A model generated the notes under the pieces. The model had not been told where the DNA came from. It did no database searches and worked only from the letters and a program-made list of their open reading frames with translations. From positions 14,260,001-14,324,000 of the forward strand of contig JAQFVV010000008.1 of NCBI GenBank assembly GCA_028023455.1: a stretch of DNA of 64,000 bases. Direction: 5' to 3'. Of the stretch, positions 12,510-23,965 are shown piece by piece. Source of the DNA: Epiperipatus broadwayi (lineage: Eukaryota > Animalia > Onychophora). A program made the position numbers and the translations under genes. How positions within the stretch are numbered: the stretch's first letter is position 1; each line of letters opens with the position of its first letter.

Positions 12510-13820
12510 CAAGCATTGTTGATTCATTGTAAAATTAAGCTCTCCAAGATTAATTGGTTTCTCTAATACTTGGTTTTTTCACATTACTCCAAAAACTTCT
12601 TTTATCTATTTCATACATAATCTCTTTCCAAGTCTTTTTTTTACTATATCATCTCTTCTGATAACATGCTTAGCTTAACTGCATTTCAGTATCATAATTC
12701 ATTCACAGATATCTGTTCTATCATTCCTTGCACTTTACTTTCAAATCCATATTATTCCCAACTTACATCTCTCCATACTTTACTGTGTTCTAAAATTTTG
12801 CATTGCTCTGTTAATCATCCAAGTTTCAAATTTATATGTAAGCATGATAAACATTTATTAAAAACCTTTTTTAAACATGCAAGCATTTTTTCTTAATATT
12901 AAGGTACTTCTAATCAAAAGAACATCAATTCTATGATTATTTTCATTTATTGTTTCAATCTTCTAATTCATGATTATGATTATTTATTTATTTTTTTGCA
13001 AAAGCCCATTGAACATTATTTTACTTTTTTTAACATGCATTTTTAATCTCTTACTTTTATATTATAGTTTTTGTAATATTTGCTGAAGCTTTATATATTA
13101 TTAGCAAAAGCAAACACATCATCTGTGTTGATTCACATCATTTAAATAATCTATCTCCATTTATTTTTATTCCATTCGTTTCCCAATTTAATTCGCCAAA
13201 TATATCCTATAAAATTGCTGCAAAATGTTTTGGGATCTAGAATCATTATGTTGTGCACCTTTTTCAAAATTAATTTTACTGTCGTCCATAATCTCATTGG
13301 TGTGTTTGCATTTTGATAAATATTATTTAAAATTTGACAATATCTAGGATCTCCATCTTGTTGTTCTTTAAAGTATTAATGACTTCAGAAATGCTTATAA
13401 AGTCAAATGTCTTTTCATAATCTACAAATACAATAGCAATTCCTTATTCATTGGCATTTTTTATAAGTTTTATTTACTATATGATTTATTATATTACAAT
13501 TTTTAAATTCAGTTTTTTTTTTTTGATTGATTTGAATTCAAAATTATTTGTAAACAAATTTTAATTATCTTGTATAGAATTGATAAAAGACTGCTATAAG
13601 TCTTTTATTTTTAATATCTCTTTTTTTTTTCATTCTTAAATATCATCGCTGCAGTCTTCCAGTTAATTAGCACATCTTTATCATAACTTTGCCAACAATT
13701 TATTTATTTATTTTTAAGATATCATAATAATTTCATCATTTTCTGGAACTATTATATTCTTCCTGCATTCAATTGCATGGCTCAGCTCTCAATTTAAAAT
13801 ACTTGATATGTTTGCAAATA
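12510..13820 (-). mobile_element. Decayed RTE-clade LINE (RT region to 3' end)
   Basis: Minus strand GIAIVFVDYEKTFD (about 13400-13445), QQDGDPRYCQIL and TDDVFAF; similar to the RTE copies at 36820 and 38351. Confidence 0.75.
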
Positions 13821-15254
13821 TTTGTTTCAAACAGTTGCAAAGAATGTATTGAATTGAATATAAATTATTGATTAAAGCTAAGTGAGAATGTATAGACCAG
13901 TATTTTTATCAAAAGAATATTTTTTAGGTTTTGAATCTAATTTTATTTTAAAATAGATTATTTTTCAAAGCATTTTTTCCCTTGAACTAAATCAATTGGT
14001 TTTAAAATAATTAAGCTTTTTTGAAATTAAATCCTTGAAAAATTAACAAAAAAAATTCTATTTAAAGATGAACTTTATTATGAAAAGTGAACATTAATAT
14101 TTAAAGATTCATTAAGATGATTCAAAAAATTGTTTGAGTATTCATTAGTTCATTATAGTTTTGTTATTGCTTAAAGTGGACTAAAATGTAATAAAAAGAT
14201 CAGTATATCTATTTTCTCAAAATAAATCACTATTATCTTCAAGTTCCGTATTTCAAATTGAAATAAGCAACAAATCTTTTTCAACTTACTTTTATTAATT
14301 CATATCTGTTGATTATCTCTATAATATATGTATAAAATTGCTAAATATTTAACATTACTAATTGCACCATCTTTAATGCTTAAAAGGATGTTAGATGTTA
14401 AAACAAGAAAATTTGCATTCAGTCTATTAAGTCATGAGTTGAATATTCAACCACTTTTGAACTGCATTTCATTTAAATACCTGTAATTAATTTATTAGAT
14501 GTAATAAAAAAAACATTGTTTTTTCTTTTATATGTTGTCAAAAGATTTGCATCTATGCTTAGTAGGTTCTACAACTTAGAATGATACACACTGCTCCCGC
14601 TAATCGAGTGATGTGGATCATACGAAAAAAAGTTTCTTAAAAAAGAAGAAGACGAATGTTAAAAACAGCCCGGTAACGTTATATCTATTTGTTTTGCACT
14701 AGCAACAGCGCCAGCGAGCGGTGTAGATCACCCGAAGTTGTATTACCGAAAACAATACGTACAATAAATGTTTTTTTTTTTTAAAGTTATTACAATGAGG
14801 TCTGGTACAACCAATGAATTTCCAGAATGATTTTTGTTATATCATCCATCTATTGTATTTTACTTTGAAATACATGTTTTTGAGATAATATTTTCCATGC
14901 CTGCAGTCTAGACTCCAACTACAATCCAAAAAAGTTAAGCAGCAAATATATATATCAAAAATATGCACATAAAAATACATGCAAAATTAATTCTTGTGCA
15001 TTCTATACAATCCAATTTTAATAAAAACTCAGAATTTTTTAAAGCATAATGTAAAAATGCAAACAAACTTTAACAAAAATGCACAGAATATTGATTTGGT
15101 CATCTCATTTGTAATAATCTGCTTTTAGAATTTACTTTTTTCTTGATGCTACATTATACGTACTTTCTGTTCTTACAGTGAAAATTAAAATGACCTTCAA
15201 TTGTAAAAATAAATGTACACTAATAAAGATATATATGAGAGATAGTGACCTGGG

Positions 15255-15294
15255 CCAACTGATGAGTGCTGGTTCAGCACGAAATGCATCTTGG
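15255..15294 (+). ncRNA. Minimal type-I hammerhead ribozyme (Penelope-like-element type)
   Basis: CCAA-CTGATGA-GTGCTG-gtt-CAGCAC-GAAA-TGCAT-C-TTGG: complete catalytic core, perfect 6-bp stem II with the G10.1-C11.1 pair, palindromic ATGCAT stem III, AUC cleavage triplet (15288-15290), 4-bp stem I CCAA/TTGG. Confidence 0.85.
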
Positions 15295-15469
15295 GGGGCA
15301 ATTGTCTTTTATTGTATCTTTATTTGTATGAATTTAAAAAGAATGGGGAAGTATGGAGGTGTTTATTATTTCTATAATCTAAAATCACTTTACTTTCAAT
15401 TGTCGTCCGCCCAGGAATAATCAATACATATATATACTAACTCGATTTTTCAGTTGGCTAAAATGACAT

Positions 15470-16169
15470 TACTCTGGCCCAATTAATAAAAAAATTAAAT
15501 GTTGGGTGTGTGTGTTAAAGTAAATACACGTTAAAAGAAAGAGGAATATTTATTTATTTTAAATAAAATTGCATTTATCTAATAAGTAATGTGAACTTGT
15601 CTAACACGGAAAAGTAGCATTTACTTTCAAATCAATTGTCTTGTCTCTTAGACGACAGTCTAAAAATAGACAATTAAAGCTTATTGGGATAACAATGGGA
15701 AAGTAGTGTTTACTTAAACTTAATTATGTCTTAAGATAGTCCAAAAATAGAAACTAGTAGGATTTCTCAGATCAATTAGAGAACTGATGGTGATTTTAAC
15801 TGTGTAGGGGAGAGACTCATGGGTTAGCATAGAAGCAAAAACTAGGAAACGGAAGACTTGGACAAGTATCCAATCCCTGCTATAACCTAGCTGAAGATTA
15901 ATAAAGGAATCTAAGGACTTGTTAAAGACTGTCTTAGTTTGTATAATTTTTTTAATTAAGTCCTAGGGCAAAACTATTAAAATGTAAGTAATGTATGAAT
16001 TTTAAATAAATTGTGGTTATGCTTTTGTACTGTTCTCATAATAATAAATGAAATAATTATATTAAATGTTCATTTTAAACTATATTGTTCTGGTAGTCTC
16101 TTTACTTTAATTTGTATGTTTGTTCAGATTCTTATTCAAAACCATGACTGCAATAACTTGAGAATGACA
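15470..16169 (+). repeat. 5' LTR of the Mag-like element
   Basis: Shared with 20680-21372: ctctgg(c/t)ccaattaataaaaaa at the start, ttattcaaaaccatgactgcaataa near the end; ends gaca. Confidence 0.7.
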
Positions 16170-16399
16170 TAGCATTTTCAATTGCAACAGACTGAGAACC
16201 CACAAAGCATTAATTTAAAACTAGTAATTAGTGTAGTATTCATTAAAATTGAAGTTAACTTTAGAGAATAAGTCAAGTTAGCTAATAGCGTGTCAACAGC
16301 ATAGTTTAGAATTGTGAAATTTTTTATTAATATTTCCTCTGAGAGGCCTATTTATACAAAGAGAGTAGATGAATATATTATTGTACATAGTATACAAAA

Positions 16400-16990
16400 G
16401 ATGGCATTACAAAATTTGTCACATTATTTCTTTTCAATGGTTTAAAACTAATTGAAATAGCAAATTGGCTGTGAGCCTGCAGACCTTAAAGTTCATTATA
16501 TGCAGAATTAGTTAAATGCTTGAGAAATCATTTCAGCCCTGAATTCTCTAAACATATAGCTATGTTTATTTATGAAATAGATGACAAAGTGAGGGGAGAA
16601 AATTGTAGGGATTATGATGTTGCTTTAAGAGTTGGCAAAGATTTATGTTTATGCGGTTTATTTGGAGGAAGTTTTGTTGGAACAGTTCTTGTAAATAAAA
16701 AACTATGACAGCAGCTACTGTCCATGTCAGATTTGTCTTATGCAGAAGCTATCAAAAGAGGCATCACTCGTGAGTTTATTTTAATTCAGATAAACCAATT
16801 TCACCAATCTAATGTGAAAAATCCCATATAAATAACAAATTGGAAAATAAGTAAGTCTGAACAACCACAAAAGGCTAATTTAAAATGCTATTGTGGAAAA
16901 GTCTAATACCTAGCATAAGATTGCAAATTATAAAAAGGCAAGAAGTGTGGCAAAATAAGTCACTTAGCTCAAGTCTGCTGTATTAAAAAC
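16400..16990 (+). pseudogene. gag remnant with two zinc knuckles
   Basis: HFSPEFSKHIA, DYDVALR, QQLLSMSDLSYAEAIKRGI and KCYCGKV*YLA*DC...KKCGKISHLAQVC (16880-16980). Confidence 0.8.
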
Positions 16991-17099
16991 AAAAAATGAT
17001 TCAATTAAAAAAAACTTCCAAAAGTAAAGTAAGGCCAACTAAACACAGTTATAAAATAAATAAGACTTAACACATATAATTTTTAGAAAATAATGTTGA

Positions 17100-20000
17100 C
17101 AGTATGGATAAACAACAAATTCATAGAAATGGAAATAGACAGTAGGATTGGAATATCTTCATGTCTCAGAGAGATTGGACAAGAATAAGCAAAGAAATGA
17201 AAGACACTGCTCTAAAATAGTGACCTTATTATCTGTGCAGTTACAATAATGGTTGAAATAAAGCATCAGAAAAATTTAAATTTATTGATTGTAAAAGGCA
17301 ATCTAAAGCCCATATTAAGTAGAGAATGGTTTATCTCTCTTAAATATAAAAAATTATAAGATTAATAAAATCAATATTGAGAGGAAAATGCAAACAAAAT
17401 TCTCTAATTTGTTTGGATGTAAGCAGCAAATTTTAAATATTGTACCTATTGGCACAGAGTTTCAGTAAGACATAAAACCTGGAAGCCATGCAAAATGCCA
17501 GTAAGGTAGTATTGATATCTGTTAAAAATTTATAATGAATCACTTCCATAACTATTACTATAAAACCTAGTAGACAAATTCATGTATTTGAGGACTATAG
17601 AATATTTACAAACAAATGCAGAGATAAAAGCCATACCCTGTCCCAAATGTAAGGAAAATGGTAGCTAATTTATGTAGGGCAAAATTATTTTCAAAGTTAT
17701 ATTTGAACACTGCTTTCTATTAGATACCAGTGTCCAAAAAATGGTAAAATTGCTGACAATTATAACTCATAAGGGCTTGCTTAAATATAATCAAGTTTTT
17801 TTTTTTTGAAATTACAACAGTTCTGAACATATTCAAAGTCAAAATAGATGCATTATTTCATGGATTGGAGTTACTCCATACTTTGATGATATTCTAATCA
17901 TGATTAATTTGGAAAAATTATTACACTACAAAGTTAAATAATTTATGTGTGTTTGTCAAGATTTGGAACTAAACTGAATTCTGAGAAATCCAGTTGGAAT
18001 ACAAAAGAAATTAAATTTCTGTATCACATTGCTGCAGATACAGGAATAAGATCTGACCCAGAAAAAGTTAAAGAAATTGGCAATGCCCAAAGTCCAAAAA
18101 ATATAAAATAATTTTAGGCATTCCTAGGACTAGTATATATATTCTTAATTTTTTAAAAGATAAAGCCCATGTCACTACATCATTGTACAATTTGCTTTGG
18201 AAAAATCAACATTGGATTTAGAAGGAACTGCAAGAGAGTACTTTTAATAAAATAAAATTAGGTCTTACATCCAGCAAATTATTAGTACATATCAATAATA
18301 GTTTGGATGAAATCTTAATAATGAATGCATCAGATTACAAAATTGGAGTATTGCTCAGTCATCCCTCAGAAGATAGAGAATGCTCAATAGCTTTTATATC
18401 CCAAACAATAATAAAGATTGAAAAAAATTACAGCCAATTGAACAAACAGATATTAGCAATCATAACAGTAGTCAAAAAATTCTATCAATATTTATGTCAT
18501 ATCTGATCTTGCCTTCAGAAGTGGACTAGTCCAGATTCCTTATCTGATTAGATTGACCACTCATTACTGCTAGACCAATGTGTCAATATGTGGATAATCA
18601 ATGTATAAATATAGCCAAGGGGTAAAAACAAGTATGGCCAATGTGTAAAGATGTGTATAAAATCCTACTATTGGTTAGACTCTCTATATCCAACTGCTGC
18701 CATTAAGGGAAAGAATCTGCCAATAAATAGTCAGGTTTTTTGGAGGCAAGGCAAAAAATGTTTATCTACCTGAATGACTGAATATGCTCTCCATTAAAAC
18801 CACTTCCTACAGTGAAGGTGTTTCTACTATATTCACTACTGATACGTCTGCACAGTAAGGCAAGTCCAGTTAGGACTGGAGGCTGCTATGACTTCGGCAG
18901 ACTTGAGGCAAGCTATTACAATCAGAAGTCATTTAACAAACTCATGGTTAGCTGTCCAGTACAGCTGGAAGAGTTTAGACTAGAACTCATGAAGCAAGCT
19001 AAATATACAGCTGGAAGTGAGTCCAGTCATTTAGCATGCCGAGCTCATTATTGACAAGGTTATACTTCACATTGTATTTATTGATTGTATAATATGTATG
19101 TATATTTGTTCTAATAAATTGTACATATTAGATAATGAATGTTTGTAATTTTTAATATTACTGTTAAAGGTTTGAGTCTGAAACCTGCAATTCAGCTAAA
19201 CACAACAATTTATACAGTTGATCTTTTAAAATAATAATCAGTCAAAGTTCCTTATTAACAATTTTCCAAAGTAAAAAGGCAGCACCAGATCATTTAAGCT
19301 CTATAATGGTACAATGGTATAATTTTTATCAGCTTATGATTACCAACTGCATTTTTAAAAAGGTAGTCATGTGTGAAGATTGTAATAGAAAAAGCAAATG
19401 ATGTATTTGCAAATTATATATATATATATATCACTGGGAACCAAAATCAATCAACAGTAAAACTGTTGCATTCTGGTTCAAAGCCAACATGGATTACCAA
19501 TCACAAATTGGATTAAAATTGAGTGGCCTACTAAATGACCTGGAAATCTCCACAAGTTTTTGTTGACATTATAAACTCAATTATCAACTAAAAAGGCCTG
19601 TAAAGTGTGATCTCTTCTCAGGGTTGTGCTAAAGTTTTGAAAATACTTCTCCATACTTATTTAGGCATAGTTAGGGCTAAAGTTCTCACTCACAGCTATG
19701 CATGGAAGTCTGGCATGGGTGCAAAAATTGAAACATTTAAAAATCCAAACCATGTCAATCCATGATAAATATCCCAATCAAAAAATATTCTTAGCCACAC
19801 TAAACCAGGGAACAGAATGATTATAGACTATACTGGTCCACTTAAGAGTTATATTTTTGTAGTATTAATTGATGTTTGCTCAAAATAGGAAAATTATAGT
19901 CTAGTAAAAACACTAGTTCAACTGACACAATTAGAATCTTAAAAGAAATTTGTTATGTGCCATGGATCACTGGAAATTCTAATGTCAGATAATGGCACAG

Positions 20001-20420
20001 GATTTGTGAGAGGTAGATCATGTCCATAAACAACCATATCATCTCAAATCAAACAGGAATTCTGTCAAAGCAATTTCACAGTTAAAAGAAACTTTAAACA
20101 AAACAAACAGTGATAATATGCAAGAGGCTATAAATGTCACAATGTTACTCAAAAATCTCATTTCACAATTACAGGAAAATCACTCACAGAGATGCTTATG
20201 GGCAGAAAACTATGAAGTAAGTTGTTTGTACTTCTGCTAAAAAAAGAAATGCAGAAGTTAAGAAGGAAAAAATATTTTATGTTGGAGATAAAGTCTGGAT
20301 TTGAGATAATTTTTGGTAATTATGGTTTGAAGGAAAAGTGAAAAAAATACTTTCAGATTAGATTGTGGAGATCCAAACAGCTTTGGCAATTTGTTTCCAT
20401 TATCATATTAACTGCATTTG
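17100..20420 (+). pseudogene. pol remnant (protease, RT, RNase H, integrase)
   Basis: MEIDSRIG (protease), PILSREWF, PYPVPNV..FSKLYL, TIITHKGLLKYN, YFDDILI (about 17878), NASDYKIGVLLSH..EKNYSQLNKQILAI (RNase H), LLHTYLGIVRAK..SYAWKSG, IDYTGPL, MSDNGTGF (integrase). Confidence 0.85.
18495..19207. mobile_element. Solo LTR (713 bp) inserted into the RNase H coding region
   Basis: Starts TGTCA, ends ACAACA, flanked by an ATTTA 5-bp TSD (18490-18494 and 19208-19212); RNase H resumes afterwards (SAYDYQLHF*KGSH). Confidence 0.85.
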
Positions 20421-20679
20421 GAAAAACTAAATAGATGTAAATCCAGCAAAGTAAACAAGTACCAAATTGTATGCTACTCAATGAAAATATTGTATCAGAA
20501 AAAACTGACTCAGATTATTAAAATACAGTGATTAATGAAATGAATAAATATGTAATAATCATAAGGAATGGATACCCCAAATAAACAAACAGAAAATGAA
20601 TGCCATTGTGAAAAATGAACATTTATATGTTTAAAAAAATTCTGGAAAAAAACAAAGTTATCTGAGTAAGAAAGAGTAG

Positions 20680-21372
20680 TCCTCTGGTCCAATTAATAAA
20701 AAATACAATTTAGTGTGTGTGTATATTAAAGTAGATATTAAATTAAATAAAAAAGAAAGAAAAAGAATTACTTATTTTAAATAACTTTTTTTTTTTAATT
20801 ATTAATTATTAAAAAAAAAAAACTTTATTTAAAATAAGTAATTCTTTTTCTTTTATTGTAATTATTAAATAGTTAATATGGATTTGTCTAATGCAGGAAA
20901 AATAACATTTACTTTTAAATCAATGTGGAAAAAATATCAATTATTTAAACTTAATTATCTCTTTGATGATAGTTCCAAAATAGAAATTTGATAAATTTCT
21001 GGAATTGATTAGAGAACTGCTAAATGATGATTTTGGCCATATAGGGCAAAGGCTTGTAGATCAGCAGAAAAGCAACATCTAGAAATCTAACGATTTGGAC
21101 AAGCCTTCATACTCAGTTACATCCTGGATAAAAATTAATAGAGAGATCTAGGTACTTGTTAAAAGCCATCTCAGTCTATATTATTTTTTTATGTAAGCCT
21201 TAGGGTGAAACTGTTAAAATGTAAGTAATGTATTAAATTATAGATTATGTTTATTTTTTTGTATTGTTTTGATAATAATGCATAATTATATTAATTTTGC
21301 TCTGATGGAAGTTTGTAGGTTTGTTTGGATTTTATTCAAAACCATGACTGCAATAATTTGGGAGTCCAGACA
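20680..21372 (+). repeat. 3' LTR of the Mag-like element
   Basis: Direct repeat of 15470-16169; carries a fold-back insertion at 20756-20853. Confidence 0.7.
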
Positions 21373-22917
21373 TTGAAAGAATTTTACAGACTTTTCATTT
21401 GGATTCTTTTTGACACTATGTTTTAATTGGTCTTTCCTTCATGATAAAATTAAGACTATCTTCTAAAAATAAAAATTAACTTATGCTAATAAAAACACAC
21501 GCACTTTTTCATTAAAAAAAATTTTTTCATGGTAATAATCAGTTTATTGACTCAACTTTTCAAAAAAAAACCTGTAACATTTTAAACACATGCATTTTAC
21601 ATCACACAATAATGTTTACCATAGTATTTTCATTAAAAGACATTTTACAATTTTTTTATTTGGAAATTTAATTTTTGTTGCTACATTCTAATCCTTTTTT
21701 TTTTTAATTTTTACTACAATCTTTTAAAAATAAAAACAAATTTACACTAATAAAATCATTTTTTTGACTGGAATTTTTTTACATTGTTGTAATTAGATTT
21801 ACAGAAAGGCTGTGAAAGACAACCAATGACATTCAGCATAATATTTTTTTTCATTGCAGTTTACAGCTTTTTTGTTTGGATTTTTTTTTCATAACAATGC
21901 TAATCAGTTTTCCAACTCAGATTTTCAGGTTTATAGCCAAAATTATTATTCACTGTGTTGTAAATAAAAAATGATATTAAGTACAATATATTTTTATTGC
22001 TAAAAATATAAATCTTATGGAAGGAAATGAATCCTCACACATGCATTATTGGATTGTTATATTATATTTATATGCATCTCACATATCAATATGCATTTTA
22101 AAAGCATATATGAGTCACTTATGCTTAGAGATTATTCTTATATAAACCAACTTTCATTGACCATGCTTAAATCAGGATTTGATCTTATTATGAGCCTGAT
22201 GTTTCAATTGACAAATTTAGTTTATATAAGGATACGATCAACACTTATTGCATGTGAGTAGATGTAAATTTAATATATCAATCCAATAATATGTGTAAAG
22301 TTTCATTTGCTTCCACAAGATTTACATATATATAAATCACTAAATTATTTATTTACATATTAGTAATAGTAACAAGTCAGAAGTCACATATTCTAAAAAT
22401 ATAAATAAACAGATAAGTGAATTAAATTGATGAATTAAGCCTTGCTTAAAAAAGATGCCTGCTATTCTAGTATTCATTGTATGTATTAGCATTTGTTATA
22501 TCATTTTTAATTTATTTAGACTAGAGTACTTGTATAATATTTTTGCTTTTTGGACCTTTGTTATAATAGACTTCCTTGTATTGAGTTAAAAAAGATAAAA
22601 TAATAGATTTAATGAAAATTGAAGCAAATTATATATCTTAAACATTTGATGTTTATTTAAATATTTTTTTGTTCTCAAAAAGATACAATATTTCATTAAC
22701 AGCTAGATAACTTCAAGTATAAACTTTATAAATATATATGTGCTTTTATTTCTACAATATCTTTATAAAAAAGTAATTGGTTAACACATTTTGAAAAGAA
22801 TTCATTCTCATTTAATTCTCTTATTATCATCATTTTAAAACATAGTCAATTCACTGAAAGATGAAAGCCATTTCAAGTTTAATCCAGCTCCAATCTCTAT
22901 TCTCCACATCACACTAG

Positions 22918-23352
22918 TGTAATGTCTTCACCCCTAAGCTTTTACAGAGGGGTAGACAAACACTTACAATCTGATCGAACTCAGCTGAACAACTCTTAAA
23001 ACCGTTGTGCCACAAATAGCTCTTAATAGCTTTACATATCCACTTCTGTTAACAAGACTATAACAAGTGTGCGATGTTTTCCTCTAGCAATTTATATATC
23101 CCTCTGAGTTCTTTTGTTAAGTCTTATCTGCTACATTCCGAAAACTTAATCGCGTGTTTTCCAAATCCGTTTTATTGTTCTTACTTTAATTAGATATTTT
23201 TATCTCTGATAAAAATAATTCCACAACTTGTTTTTTAATTATAATTATTTTCCATTATAATTATTTTTACTTTCAACTAAAATAAATCAAAAACTTCTGG
23301 AGTAAATTGTCTCTAGTAAACTCGCTGTTTATTTCTCACAACGAATACACCA
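22918..23352 (-). repeat. 3' LTR of the gag-only element
   Basis: About 97% identical to 24926-25360. Confidence 0.95.
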
Positions 23353-23369
23353 CTTCCTCCCCTCACTCC
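23353..23369 (-). other. Polypurine tract
   Basis: Minus strand GGAGTGAGGGGAGGAAG directly abuts the 3' LTR. Confidence 0.9.
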
Positions 23370-23455
23370 AGAAGTTAGAGTTTATTTACGTTACACATAA
23401 TCATCCAATATGCGCGGTTTCCTTTTTCAGCTTGGAGAAAACTTGATTTTTCCTA

Positions 23456-23965
23456 TTAATCAATATAACCTTGAAAATTGTGTGAACTCTTCTTTTTTCT
23501 CGCTGTCTTGAGGGCTTTTTTCTCTCGCTTGGAGAGTCTCTGGGTTTTTTCCTGTTCTGCGGTTTTTGTCTCTGGCCGCTCACTGTCTAAAGATTTCCGT
23601 TCTAAAAATTCTTCGAACATGTCAATTTCATTTTTACTTTTGGCCATCTTTTCCTGTAGTTCCATTTCATACTGCTGCCAACTCTCTACCTGTCTGGATA
23701 ATTGTGATATTGTGAATTCACTTTTTAAATCTTCGTTCGATCTTTCAAAAGTCTGACATTCTGAAAATTTGCTTTGTAATTTTTTACTAAATTCAGAATT
23801 TTGTTGTTTCAGTTCTTCTTTTAATTTAGTTAATTCATAAACGTCCAGTTTTAATTTGTGCACTTCTTTTGATAGTTCTTTAAATTGCAAGTTGAGTTGT
23901 AGCTCCGATTGTGTCTTTCTCTCAAACATGGCAGCTAATTTTTGGTTACGTGACTCCAATTCTTG
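23456..23965 (-). CDS. Coiled-coil, Lys/Glu-rich ORF in frame with gag (169 codons after the gag TGA); not pol-like
   Basis: Open frame QELESRNQKLAAMFERK...LSKEVHKLKLDVYELTKLKEELKQQNSEF...; heptad-like leucines and a basic C-terminus (KKALKTARKKK). Confidence 0.65.
   Translation of the reverse strand, partial: QELESRNQKLAAMFERKTQSELQLNLQFKELSKEVHKLKLDVYELTKLKEELKQQNSEFSKKLQSKFSECQTFERSNEDLKSEFTISQLSRQVESWQQYEMELQEKMAKSKNEIDMFEEFLERKSLDSERPETKTAEQEKTQRLSKREKKALKTARKKKSSHNFQGYID

Larger units (their letters stand above)
15470..21372 (+). mobile_element. Old, decayed Ty3/Gypsy LTR retrotransposon (Mag-like)
   Basis: Diverged direct repeats at about 15470-16169 and 20680-21372 enclose gag, protease, RT, RNase H and integrase remnants in gypsy order; purine tract agtaagaaagagtag precedes the 3' LTR. 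Confidence 0.85.

Noticed and set aside
20510-22261. Short F/I/L/Y-rich ORFs here and throughout (for example 26534, 41210, 45808, 47107, 55109)
   Set aside because: Expected by chance in AT-rich DNA or antisense to TE remnants; no recognisable domains.
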